A stretch of 64,000 nucleotides of DNA from Squalus acanthias (lineage: Eukaryota): positions 2,294,001 through 2,358,000 of the forward strand of contig CM059432.1 in the NCBI GenBank assembly GCA_030390025.1. Reading direction: 5' to 3'. The stretch's first letter is position 1. Every line of letters begins with the position of its first letter. The translations under genes and the position numbers were made by a program. Shown here piece after piece: positions 13,202 to 25,700 of this stretch. The notes beneath the pieces were generated by a model, which ran no database searches, was not told the DNA's origin, and saw nothing but the letters and a program-made list of their open reading frames with translations.

Positions 13202-14362
13202 ATGGGGGCTGCAATGATTGGGGGCGTCGTCCTGCTCCAGCTCAATCGGAGCAGAGTGAGACGCAGACAGAGAGTGGCAATGATGGCCAGACGGAGGAGG
13301 CCCATCAGGCGCATGTACAGGAGAGCTTACCCTCCCAGGGTATATCGTGAACAGCTCTCCTACATCCACATGTCCGAGGAGCTGTGTTTGCGAAGGCTGC
13401 GATTCAGCAAGGAGGTGGTCACTGAGCTCTGCCACCTGCTGCAGCCAGATCTGCAGCCTCAGCTGAGGTCCAGGACGTCTCTGTCGGTGGCAGTGAAGGT
13501 CACAGTGGCCTTGAACTTCTACGCCACTGGCTCATTCCAAGCTGCTGTTGGGGACCTCGCCAATATCTCCCAGTTTGCGGTGCATCGCTGCATCCGGCAG
13601 GTCACCAATGCCCTCTTCACAAGGAGACGAGACTTCATCTCCTTCCCTATGACCCCAGACAAGCAGCATGACCGTGCTATGGGCTTTGCGAGGGTAGCGG
13701 GCTTCCCCATGGTGCAGGGCGCCATTGACTGCACGCATGTGGCTTTGCGTGCTCCGCGAGAGAATGCAGAGGAGTTCCGGAACAGAAAGGGGTTCCATTC
13801 CTTGAATGTGCAGTTGGTCTGTGACCACAGACAGGTGATTCTCGCTGTCAATGCCCACTATCCGGGCAGCTGCCACGATGCTTTCATCCTGTGCCAGAGT
13901 ACTGTGGCAGAAATTTTCGAGGCACCGCATCAGCCAGTTGGTTGGCTTCTGGGGGACAAGGGGTACGCATTGAGCACCTGGCTGATGACACCGCTCCGTG
14001 CGCCAAACACCCCTGCTGAGCTGCGGTACCAGGAAAGCCAACAAGCAACGAGGAACATTATTGAGCGCACAATCGGCGTGCTCAAACAACGATTCCGCTG
14101 TCTGGACCATTCCGGAGGAGCCCTGCAGTACTCGCCTGAGCAAGTTTCCAAATTCGTAGTGGTGTGCTGCATGTTGCACAACATGGCAATCCTCAGGACG
14201 CAGCCAATGCCACCAGGCCTTGCAGCACCACAAGAGGAGGAGGAGGAAGAGGAGGAACAGGCCGAGGACGATGATCAGCAGCAGCACCAAGGCAGGAGGG
14301 CGGCCCACAATGGTCAAACTGCAAGGGCCGTCCGTCAACGACTAATAGCAAGCCGCTTCTAG
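13202..14362 (+). CDS. Harbinger DDE transposase (HARBI1-like family), 386 aa
   Basis: [46 protein letters not shown] and CCMLHN motifs; open frame. Confidence 0.95.
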   Translation: MGAAMIGGVVLLQLNRSRVRRRQRVAMMARRRRPIRRMYRRAYPPRVYREQLSYIHMSEELCLRRLRFSKEVVTELCHLLQPDLQPQLRSRTSLSVAVKVTVALNFYATGSFQAAVGDLANISQFAVHRCIRQVTNALFTRRRDFISFPMTPDKQHDRAMGFARVAGFPMVQGAIDCTHVALRAPRENAEEFRNRKGFHSLNVQLVCDHRQVILAVNAHYPGSCHDAFILCQSTVAEIFEAPHQPVGWLLGDKGYALSTWLMTPLRAPNTPAELRYQESQQATRNIIERTIGVLKQRFRCLDHSGGALQYSPEQVSKFVVVCCMLHNMAILRTQPMPPGLAAPQEEEEEEEEQAEDDDQQQHQGRRAAHNGQTARAVRQRLIASRF

Positions 14363-14656
14363 GGCCCCTGCCAGTGCTACAAACACGAATCAACCCAGCA
14401 CGCAACCCCTAAGCCGGCCAAGGCACCAATAATTCCAACCACCAGCCATGTATATTTTGAATACAGAAACTTATTTATTGTACAAACTCTGTGTGTGTCA
14501 ATTCCTCATGACAAACTCATAGAAATAAACACAAAAAAACAGTCAATAACATAACTGGTTCTCACAACCTGGAGATAATGTCCAAAACACTAAACAAAAG
14601 TTGGGCCATGAACCTCGGCCTTTAATAAAAAAATGACCAGCATTTTGGCACACCTC

Positions 14657-16567
14657 CTACTTTTTGCCCTTCGAGGGTGATCTCCTTCCCTTGCGCACTT
14701 CCCCCCTTCTAACCCTACTGCTCCTCCGTAATGGGACCTCAGTGGCTGCAGCAAGGCTGGTGGAAGGCTGCTGCTTGTCAGACCCTGACACTGCAGATGC
14801 CCCTGAAGGCCGGCCTCGACCACTTCTGGGCCTGGAGGGCCCGGCTGCAGACTGCACCAACTCTGCATGGGCGGCAGCAGTCTGTCCTACAGGCGGTGGC
14901 AAGTGCAGTGGAGAAGTGACAGTGTTGGCAGCAGGAATGCTGTCATCGTGAGAGAGGACAGCAACTCCCTGCTCGCCCGACACACTGGCACTCCCACGGG
15001 GCAGCACTTCAGCATCCGGAGCAATTTGCCGGAGAACAGATTGCTGGCCTGCTGCGGCGCGGTGACAGCCCCGGGGACATGTGCACGAACCATCGAGGAT
15101 GGCAGCAGTCAGTGCTCGCGTGGCCTCAATCTGAGTCTGCATGAGAGCAGGCTCAGATGGGTTCCTGGCAGCCAGTGACTGAATTGCAGCAGTAAGCTTT
15201 AGTGTGGCATCCGCCTGTGCTACAGCGAAGTGCTCCACACTCCTTGCCAGTGCCTCAATGCATTCGGGCACCCTTCCCACTGCACCCATGAGCTCAGTGT
15301 GCATGACCACCGCCTGGCTGTTCATTTCTGCAATCAGCCGCTCCTCCTCTGCGTCCATTGCATTAGGAGTGTCTGGCATACTCTCCCTCTGGGGAGAAGG
15401 CTCCCGTTCTTCCCTCCCCCCCCCCATGGCGTTGCTGCAGCCCGCTGGGTCCTGGAACTTCACCATCATCAGCCCCTTCCCCCCTGCTCCCCCGTTCTTC
15501 CCTCCCCCCCCCATGGCGTTGCTGCAGCCCGCTGGGTCCTGCAACTTCACCATCATCAGCTCCTTCCCCCCTGCTCCCCTCCGGGGAAGGCGTGTTCCCA
15601 GTGTGGCCATGGGCTTCCTCGGGAGAGGGTGGCACTGATGCTCCGGCTTCCTCTTCCTCCTCAGCTGCAGCATCACTCCCAGTGGCAGCTTCAGGGACCA
15701 TCTCCTCAGCTGGTGAATCACCATCTGAAAGCAGGGAGGTACAAGAGTGGCTTTAGCGTGAGGACAGGGTGGCAGTAAGGGAGGAATAAGTGCAGCGAGT
15801 TAGCAAGTTGGATTGAAAGTGTCAAAGGCTGGTATTGTGAGGGACAAGTGGAAGGACAGAGGACAAAAAGGTGATGACCTTACCATTGCTGTCCACAACG
15901 GGGTCGGCGTCTCCAGTGGCGACGGGACCGATCACCCGGCTTGCCACAATCCTGTGGACGCGCTCCTCCAGATCGCTGAGGGGTTGCAGCTGAAGCCGCC
16001 CTCCACCCGTCCGTTGCTGCTGTCTCCGATTATGAGCCAGCTTAGCCTGCAAGAAAAAGGACAGCATCTGAGTCAATATACAGCCATGGTCTTGCCTGAT
16101 GTGCCTCCCATAGGTGAATAGCCCTTACAATATGCAGCCATGGTCTTGCCTGATGTGCCTCCCATAGGTGAATAGCCCTTACTGTATGCAAAGTGTGGAA
16201 TGTGTGTGTGTGTTTGATGAAAGGGCCATAGGTGTTGGATGAGTGTTGTGCATTGGGGTTTTAAGACCCTCTGGCCATAGAGTGAGGTTGAGATGGAGGG
16301 ATGGAGAGGTATTGAGAAAAAGCCACTCACCCTGACGACCCGAGTGAGGTCGTTGAACTTTTTGCGGCACTGGACATGGGTCCTGGGCACCATGCTCCTG
16401 GAGGAGACGCTCTGAGCCACCTCCCTCCACACTCTTCTGAACTCGCGTGGCAAAGGCCTCCTGCCACTCTCTGGGAACAGCATGCATCGTCTGCGCTCCA
16501 CTGCGTCAACCAGAGCATCCAAGGCCCGCTCGGTGAAGCGATGAGCGCGTTCTCTCACCCTCTCCAT
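14657..16567 (-). pseudogene. Harbinger Myb/SANT-like DNA-binding gene, 3 exons, +1 frameshift in a C10 run
   Basis: Exons 16567-16331, 16046-15884 and 15724-14657 with GT-AG introns; RFTERALDALV...WREVA...RTHVQCRKKFNDL and RTGGG. C10 at 15416-15425 versus C9 in copy 2 (could be a sequencing error). Confidence 0.8.
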
Positions 16568-17073
16568 GCTTGGCAGCAAAATGGATTACAGGTCTCTCCA
16601 GGCTGAGATTCAAGGCTGCAATGAGCAGGGTGTGGCTGGGGAGCAAGTGGCCCCCCCCGCTTTAAGAAGTGTCCGGCGCCAGTGTGTCTGTGTTCCCGCG
16701 CTAACTGGCAGCAGCTGCGCTGCGCTCGTGCGCTGAGTTAGCGCCTCACTCCTAGGCCTTTGCGCCTTAAGAGAGGTGTGCAGCGCCTAATTTAGCGCTC
16801 CACTCACCTCCCGGGGCGGTAAAAGTGAAGTTTCCTGTCAGTGCCGATAATTAGCGCCAGGCGCTAATATTTGCGCGCGGACGATATTTGCGCCCCAAAT
16901 GGGGCGCGACCTAATTTCTACCCCGTAATATTTTAAAAGTGGTAATATTTAGAAAAGATGTAATATTTAGAAAGTTGTAATATTTTGAAAAGTGGTAAGA
17001 TTTAGAAAGTTGTAACATTTTGAAAGTGGTAATATTTTGAAACTATAATATTCTGAAAGTGGTATTATTTATA

Positions 17074-17405
17074 GGGGGGAAAATTCAGTTGGTTTGCGCC
17101 TCCCGTTACCGCCTTAAGATCTAAATGTTACAACTTTCAAAATATTACATCTTTTCAAAATATTACAACTTTCAAAATATTACAACCTCAGCAGGGCCCC
17201 GGTTCGCGCTGCGCAAGGCCCCTCCCCTTTAAGAAGGGGAGGAAGGCCTGCAATACCGCGGTGTGACGTGCAGTAGCGCCCCGCTGCCCTTTTGGGGCGC
17301 AACCACTCAATTTCCGGAGCGGGGGCGCTAATTTTCATGGGGCGCTAAAAGTAGCGGCCCGGCGAAGTTAGTGCCACAAAGGGGGCGCGACTCAATTTCC
17401 CCCCC
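17074..17405. mobile_element. Harbinger MITE carrying inverted satellite (copy A)
   Basis: TIRs GGGGGGAAAATTCAG / CTCAATTTCCCCCCC; TSD ATA; reverse-strand monomers at 17120-17186. Confidence 0.9.
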
Positions 17406-17888
17406 ATAAAGTTGTAATATTTAAAAAAGTTGTAATATTTAGAAAGTTGTAATATTTTGAAAAGTGGTAAGATTTAGAAAGATGTAATATTTTGAAAAGT
17501 TGTAATATTGAGAAAGTTGTAATATTTTGAAAAGTTTTAATATTTAGAAAGTTGTAATATTTAGAAAGTTGTAATATTTTGAACAGTGGTAAGATTTAGA
17601 AAGTTGTAATATTTTAAAAAGTTGTAATATTTTGAAAGTTGTAACATTTAGAAAGTGGTAAGATTTAGAAAGTTGTAATACTTTGAAAAGTTTTAATATT
17701 TAGAAAGTTGTAATATTTTCAAGTGGTAATATTTTGAAAAGTTGTAATATTTGGAAAGTTGTAATATTTTGAAAAGTGGTAAGATTTAGAAAGTTGTAAT
17801 ATTTTGAAAAGTTGCAATATTTTGCAAGTGGTAATATTTTGAAAAGTTGCAATATTTAGAAAGTTGTAATATTTTGAAAAGTTGTAAT

Positions 17889-18894
17889 AAAAACACAGCA
17901 TCATTTTCCACATGTACGCTGACGACAGCCAGCTTTACCTCACTACTTCTTCTCTCGACCCTTCCACGGTCTCTAAATTGTCAGACTGCTTGTCAAACAT
18001 ACAGTTCTGGATGAGCAAAAATTTTCTCCAATTAAATATTGGGAAAACCGAAGCCATTTTTCTCGGTCCCCGCCACAAACTCTGTTCCTGAGCCACTGAC
18101 TCCATCCCTCTCCCTAACATCTGTCTGAGGCGGAACCCCACTGTTCGCAACCTTGGTGTCATATTTGACCCTGAAATGAGCTTCCGACCACATATCCACA
18201 GCATAACAAAGACCGCCTACTTCCACCTCTACCATCGCCCGTCTCCGCCCTTGCCTCAGCTCATCCGCTGCTGAAACCCTCATCCATGCCTTTGTTACCT
18301 CTAGACTTGACTATTCCAACGCACTCCTGGCCGGCCTCCCACATTCCACCCTATGTAAACTTGAGGTCATCCAAAACTCGGCTGCCCGTGTCCTAACTCG
18401 CACCAAGTCCCGTTCGGCCATCACCCCTGTCCTCGCTGACCTATATTGGCTCCCGGTTAAGCAGTGCCTCGATTTCAAAATTCTCATCCTTGTTTTCAAA
18501 TCCCTCCATAGCCTCTCCCCTCCCTATCTCTGTAATCTCCTCCAGCCCCACAACTCCCCTCCACCCCCCGCCCCCCCGAGATATCTGCGCTCCTCTAATT
18601 CTGCCCTCTTGAGGATCCCTGATTATAATTGCTCAACCTTTGGTGGCCGTGCCTTCTGTTGACTGGGCCCTAAGCTCTGGAATTCCCTGCCTAAACCTCT
18701 CCGCCTCTCTACCTCTCTCTCCTCCTTTAAGACACTCCTTAAAACCTACCTCTTTGATCAAGCTTTTGGTCACCTGCCCTAATTTATCCTTATGTGGCTC
18801 GGTGTCAAATTTTTTGTCTTAAAATACTCCTGTGCAGCGCCTTGGGACGTTTTACTATGTTAAAGGCGCTATATAAATACACGTTGTTGTTGTT
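17889..18894 (+). mobile_element. L2-clade LINE 3' fragment (duplicate of 10604)
   Basis: Same 5' junction GTTGTAAT|AAAAACACAGC and same (GTT)n tail junction. Confidence 0.88.
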
Positions 18895-19310
18895 ATTTAG
18901 AAATTCGTAATATTTTGAAAGTGGTAATATTTTGAAACTATAATATTTTGAAAGTGGTAATATTTATAAAGTTGTAATATTTTGAAAAGTTGTAATATTT
19001 TGAAAGTGGTAAGATGTCGAAAGTTGATATATTTTGAAAAGTAATATTTTGAAAAGTTTTAATATTTAGAAAGTTGTAATATTTTGAAAAGTGCTAACAT
19101 TTAGAAAGGTGTAATATTTTAAAAGTGGTAATATTTAGAAAAGTTGGAATATTTAGAAAGTAGTAATATTCTGAAAGTTGTAATATTTTGAAAGTGGTAA
19201 TATTTAGAAAGTTGTAATATTTTGAAAAGTGGCAAGATTTAGAAAGTTGTAACATTTTGAAAGTGGTAATATTTTGAAACTATAATATTCTGAAAGTGGT
19301 ATTATTTATA

Positions 19311-19677
19311 GGGGGGAAAATTCAGTTGGTTTGCGCCTCCCGTTAGCGCCTTAAGATCTAAATGTTACAACTTTCAAAATATTACATCTTTTCAAAATAT
19401 TACAACTTTCTAAATGTTACAACTTTTCAAAATATTACAGCTTTCAAAATATTACAACCCCAGCAGGGCCCCGGTTCGTGCTGCGCAAGGCCCCTCCCCT
19501 TTAAGAAGGGGAGGAAGGCCTGCAATACCGCGGTGTGACGTGCAGTAGCGCCCCGCTGCCCTTTTGGGGCGCAACCACTCAATTTCCGGAGCGGGGGTGC
19601 TAATTTTTATGGGGCGCTAAAAGTAGCGGCCCGGCGAAGTTAGTGCCACAAAGGGGGCGCGACTCAATTTCCCCCCC
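19311..19677. mobile_element. Harbinger MITE carrying inverted satellite (copy B)
   Basis: Same TIRs and ATA TSD; inverted monomers at 19357-19458. Confidence 0.9.
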
Positions 19678-19952
19678 ATAAAGTTGTAATATTTAAAAAA
19701 GTTGTAATATTTAGAAAGTTGTAATATTTTGAAAAGTGGTAAGATTTAGAAAGATGTAATATTTTGAAAAGTTGTAATATTGAGAAAGTTGTAATATTTT
19801 GAAAAGTTTTAATATTTAGAAAGTTGTAATATTTAGAAAGTTGTAATATTTTGAACTGTGGTAAGATTTAGAAAGTTGTAATATTTTGCAAGTGGTAATA
19901 TTTTGAAAAGTTGCAATATTTAGAAAGTTGTAATATTTTGAAAAGTTGTAAT

Positions 19953-20595
19953 AAAAACACAGCATCATTTTCCACATGTACGCTGACGACAGCCAGCTTT
20001 ACCTCACTACTTCTTCTCTCGACTCTTCCACGGTCTCTAAATTGTCAGACTGCTTGTCAAACATACAGTTCTGGATGAGCAAAAATTTTCTCCAATTAAA
20101 TATTGGGAAAACCGAAGCCATTTTTTTCGGTCCCCGCCACAAACTCTGTTCCCTAGCCACTGACTCCATCCCTCTCCCTAACATCTGTCTGAGGCGGAAC
20201 CACACTGTTCGCAACCTTGGTGTCATATTTGACCCTGAAATGAGCTTCCGACCACATATCCACAGCATAACAAAGACCGCCTACTTCCACCTCTACCATC
20301 GCCCGTCTCCGCCCTTGCCTCAGCTCATCCGCTGCTGAAACCCTCATCCTTGCCTTTGTTACCTCTAGACTTGACTATTCCAACACACTCCTGGCCGGCC
20401 TCCCACATTCCACCCTATGTAAACTTGAGGTCATCCAAAACTCGGCTGCCCGTGTCCTAACTCGCACCAAGTCCCGTTCGGCCATCACCCCTGTGCTCGC
20501 TGACCTATATTGGCTCCCGGTTAAGCAGTGCCTCGATTTCAAAATTCTCATCCTTGTTTTCAAATCCCTCCATGGCCTCGCCCCTTCCTATCTCT
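19953..20595 (+). mobile_element. L2 fragment duplicate, 3'-truncated
   Basis: Same 5' junction; ends at CCTATCTCT. Confidence 0.85.
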
Positions 20596-21350
20596 TTAAT
20601 ATTTAGAAAGTTGTAATATTTAGAAAGTTGTAATATTTTGAAAAGTGGTAAGATTTAGAAAGTTGTAATATTTTGAAAAGTTGTAATATTTTGAAAGTTG
20701 TAACATTTAGAAAGTGGTAATATTTTGAAAAGTTTTTATATTTTGAAAGTGGTAATATTTAGAAAAGTTGTAATATTTAGAAAGTTGTAATAATTTGACA
20801 AATTGAATTTTTTAGAAAGTGGTAATATTTTGAAAAGTTGTAATATTTTGAAAGTGGTAATATTTTGAGAGTTGCAATATTTTGAAAGTGGTAATATTTA
20901 GAAAGTTTTAATATTTTGAAAGTCGTAATAAATTGAAAAATTGATTTTTTTCGAAAGTGGTAATATTTTGAAATGTTGTAATATTTTGAAAGTGGTAATA
21001 TTTTGAGAGTTTTAATATTTTGAAAGTTGTAATATATTGAAAGTGGTAATATTTTGAAAAGTTTTAATATTTAGAAAGTTGTAATATTTTGAAAAGTGCT
21101 AACATTTAGAAAGGTGTAATATTTTGAAAGTTGTAATATTTTAAAAGTGGTAATATTTAGAAAAGTTGGAATATTTAGAAAGTAGTAATATTCTGAAAGT
21201 TGTAATATTTTGAAAGTGGTAATATTTAGAAAAGATGTAATATTTAGAAAGTTGTAATATTTTGAAAAGTAGCAAGATTTAGAAAGTTGTAACATTTTGA
21301 AAGTGGTAATATATTGAAACTATAATATTCTGAAAGTGGTATTATTTATA

Positions 21351-21716
21351 GGGGGAAAATTCAGTTGGTTTGCGCCTCCCGTTAGCGCCTTAAGATCTAA
21401 ATGTTACAACTTTCAAAATATTACATCTTTTCAAAATATTACAACTTTCTAAATGTTACAACTTTTCAAAATATTACAACTTTCTAAATATTACAACCCC
21501 AGCAGGGCCCCGGTTCGCGCTGCGCAAGGCCCCTCCCCTTTAAGAAGGGGAGGAAGGCCTGCAATACCGCGGTGTGACGTGCAGTAGCGCCCCGCTGCCC
21601 ATTTGGGGCACAACCACTCAATTTCCGGAGCGGGGGTGCTAATTTTTATGGGGCGCTAAAAGTAGCGGCCCGGCGAAGTTAGTGCCACAAAGGGGGCGCG
21701 ACTCAATTTCCCCCCC
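21351..21716. mobile_element. Harbinger MITE carrying inverted satellite (copy C)
   Basis: Same TIRs and ATA TSD; inverted monomers at 21396-21497. Confidence 0.9.
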
Positions 21717-22061
21717 ATAAAGTTGTAATATTTAAAAAAGTTGTAATATTTAGAAAGTTGTAATATTTTGAAAAGTGGTAAGATTTAGAAAGTTGTAATA
21801 CTTTGAAAAGTTTTAATATTTAGAAAGTTGTAATATTTTCAAGTGGTAATATTTTGAAAAGTTGTAATATTTGGAAAGTTGTAATATTTTGAAAAGTGGT
21901 AAGATTTAGAAAGTTGTAATATTTTGAAATGTTGTAATATTTAGAAAGTTGTAATATTTTGAAAAGTTGTAATATTTTGAAAAGTTGTAATATTTTGCAA
22001 GTGGTAATATTTTGAAAAGTTGCAATATTTAGAAAGTTGTAATATTTTGAAAAGTTGTAAT

Positions 22062-22704
22062 AAAAACACAGCATCATTTTCCACATGTACGCTGACGACA
22101 GCCAGCTTTACCTCACTACTTCTTCTCTCGACCCTTCCACGGTCTCTAAATTGTCAGACTGCTTGTCAAACATACAGTTCTGGATGAGCAAAAATTTTCT
22201 CCAAATAAATATTGGGAAAACCGAAGCCATTTTTTTCGGTCCCCGCCACAAACTCCGTTCCCTAGCCACTGACTCCATCCCTCTCCCTAACATCTGTCTG
22301 AGGCGGAACCACACTGTTCGCAACCTTGGTGTCATATTTGACCCTGAAATGAGCTTCCGACCACATATCCACAGCATAACAAAGACCGCCTACTTCCACC
22401 TCTAACATCGCACGTCTCCGCCCTTGCCTCAGCTCATCCGCTGCTGAAACCCTCATCCATGCCTTTGTTACCTCTAGACTTGACTATTCCAACACACTCC
22501 TGGCCGGCCTCCCACATTCCACCCTATGTAAACTTGAGGTCATCCAAAACTCGGCTGCCCGTGTCCTAACTCGCACCAAGTCCCGTTCGGCTATCACCCC
22601 TGTGCTCGCTGACCTATATTGGCTCCCGGTTAAGCAGTGCCTCGATTTCAAAATTCTCATCCTTGTTTTCAAATCCCTCCATGGCCTCGCCCCTTCCTAT
22701 CTCT
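22062..22704 (+). mobile_element. L2 fragment duplicate, 3'-truncated
   Basis: Both junctions identical to the 19953 copy. Confidence 0.85.
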
Positions 22705-25700
22705 TTAATATTTAGAAAGTTGTAATATTTAGAAAGTTGTAATATTTTGAAAAGTGGTAAGATTTAGAAAGTTGTAATATTTTGAAAAGTTGTAATATTT
22801 TGAAAGTTGTAACATTTAGAAAGTGGTAATATTTTGAAAAGTTTTTATATTTTGAAAGTGGCAATATTTAGAAAAGTTGTAATATTTAGAAAGTTGTAAT
22901 AATTTGACAAATTGAATTTTTTAGAAAGTGGTAATATTTTGAAAAGTTGTAATATTTTGAAAGTGGTAATATTTTGAGAGTTGCAATATTTTGAAAGTGG
23001 TAATATTTAGAAAGTTTTAATATTTTGAAAGTCGTAATAAATTGAAAAATTGATTTTTTTCGAAAGTGGTAATATTTTGAAATGTTGTAATATTTTGAAA
23101 GTGGTAATATTTTGAAAAGTGGTAAGATTAAAAAAGTGGAAATATTTCGAAAGTTGTAATATTTAGAAAGTTGTAATATTTTGCAAAGTTGTAATATTTT
23201 GAATGTTGTAATATTTTGAAAGGTAATATTTTGAAAAGTTGTAATTTTTAGAAAGTTGTAATATTTTGCAATTGACAATATTGTGAAGGTAGCAATATTT
23301 AGAAAGTTGTAATATTTTGAAAGTTGCAATATTTTGAAAGTGGTAATATTTAGAAATGTTGTAATATTTAGAAAGTTGTAATATTTTAAAAATGTAATAT
23401 TTTGAAAAGTTGTAATATTCTGAAAGTTGTAATATTTAGAAAGATTTAATATTTAGAAAGTTGTAATATTTTAAAAATCTGATATTTTGAAAAGTTCTAA
23501 TATTTTGAATGTTGTAATATTTAGAAAAATTTAATATTTAGAAAGTTGTAATATTTTGCAAATATTAATATTTTGAAAGTTGTAATATTTTGAATAGTTG
23601 TAATATTTTGAAATTGGTAATATTTTGAAAAGTTGTAATATTTTGAAATTGGTAATATTTAGAAAGTTGTAATTTTTAGAAATCTGCAAAGTTTTGAAAA
23701 ATTGTAATATTTTGAAAGTAGCAATATTTTGAAAAGTTTTAATATTTTGAAAGTGGTAATATTTAGAAAGTGGTAATATTTTGAAAAGCTGTAATATTTT
23801 GAAAAGTTGTAATATTTTGAAAAGTGGTAAGATTAAGAAAGTGGTAATACTTAGAAAGTTGTAGTATTTAGAAAGCTGTACTATTTTGCAAATTTGTAAT
23901 ATTCTGAAAATGTAATATTTTTAAAAGTTGTAATATTTTGAATGTAGTAATATTTTGAAAGGTAATATCTTGAAAAGATGTAATATTTTGCAAGTGACAA
24001 TATTTTGAAAGTAGCAATATTTAGAAAGTTGTAATATTTAGCAAGATTTAATATTTAGAAAGTTGTAATATTTTTAAAATGTAATATTTTGAAAAGTTGT
24101 AATATTTTGAAAGTTGTAATATTTAGATAGATTTAATATTTAAAAAGTTGTAATATTTTGAAATTGGTAATATTTAGAAAGTAGCAATATTTTGAAAGTT
24201 GTAATATTTAGATAGATTTAATATTTAGAAAGTTGTAATATTTTAAAAGTTCTAATATTTAGACAGGTAATATTTTGAAAAGTAGTAATTTTTAGAAATT
24301 TTTAATATTTTGGGAGAGGCAATATTTTGAAAAGTTGCAATATTTTGAAAATGTCATATTTTGAAAGTGGTAATATTTAGAAAGTTGTAATATTTAGAAA
24401 GTTGTAATATTTTGAAAGTTGTAATATTTTGAAAGTTGTAATATTTAGAAAAGTTGTAATATTTTGAAAAGTTGTAATATTCAGAAAAGTTGTAATATTT
24501 TGAAAGTTGTAAGATTTAGAAAGTTACAATATTTTTAAAAGTTGTAACATTTAGAAAGTGGTAAGATTTAGAAAGTTGTAATACTTTGAAAAGTTTTAAT
24601 ATTTAGAAAGTTGTAATATTTTCAAGTGGTAATATTTTGAAAAGTTGTAATATTTGGAAAGTTGTAATATTTTGAAAAGATGTAATATTTAGAAAGTTGT
24701 AATATTTTGAAAAGTGGTAATATTTTGAAAAGTTGTAATATTTAGAAAGTTGTAATATTTTGCCAAGTTGTAATATTTAGAAAAGTTGTAATATTTTGAA
24801 AAGTTGTAATATTCAGAAAAGTTGTAATATTTTGAAAGTTGTAAGATTTAGAAAGTTACAATATTTTTAAAAGTTGTAACATTTAGAAAGTGGTAAGATT
24901 TAGAAAGTTGTAATACTTTGAAAAGTTTTAATATTTAGACAGGTAATATTTTGAAAAGTAGTAATTTTTAGAAATTTTTAATATTTTGGGAGAGGCAATA
25001 TTTTGAAAAGTTGTAATATTTTGAAAATGTCATATTTTGAAAGTGGTAATATTTAGAAAGTTGTAATATTTAGAAAGTTGTAATATTTTGAAAGTTGTAA
25101 TATTTTGAAAGTTGTAATATTTAGAAAAGTTGTAATATTTTGAAAAGTTGTAATATTCAGAAAAGTTGTAATATTTTGAAAGTTGTAAGATTTAGAAAGT
25201 TACAATATTTTTAAAAGTTGTAACATTTAGAAAGTGGTAAGATTTAGAAAGTTGTAATACTTTGAAAAGTTTTAATATTTAGAAAGTTGTAATATTTTCA
25301 AGTGGTAATATTTTGAAAAGTTGTAATATTTGGAAAGTTGTAATATTTTGAAAAGATGTAATATTTAGAAAGTTGTAATATTTTGAAAAGTGGTAATATT
25401 TTGAAAAGTTGTAATATTTAGAAAGTTGTAATATTTTGCCAAGTTGTAATATTTAGAAAATGTAATATTTTGAAAAGTTGTAATATTATAAAAGTTCTAA
25501 TATTTAGACAGATAATATTTTGAAAAGTAGTAATTTTTAGAAATTTGTAATATTTTGCAAGTGGCAATATTTTAAAAAGTTGCAATATTTAGAGAGTTGT
25601 AATATTTTGAACGTTGCAATATTTTGAAAAGTTGTAATATTTAGCAAGTTGCAATATTTTCAAAAGTTGTAATATTTTGAAAATGTCATATTTTGAAAGT

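Larger units (their letters stand above)
12690..16924 (+). mobile_element. Autonomous PIF/Harbinger DNA transposon, copy 1
   Basis: TIRs GGGGTAAAAATTCAG / CTAATTTCTACCCC; TSD GTA; convergent transposase and Myb/SANT genes. Confidence 0.96.

Noticed and set aside
13532..14338. 268-aa antisense ORF (also 33084-33890)
   Set aside because: Shadow of the transposase codons; the hydrophobic stretch is antisense to poly-Glu; no recognisable domain.
13202..14362. Domesticated HARBI1 or MSANTD-type host gene
   Set aside because: Bounded by TIRs and TSD and multicopy, so it is a transposon ORF; no symbol assigned.
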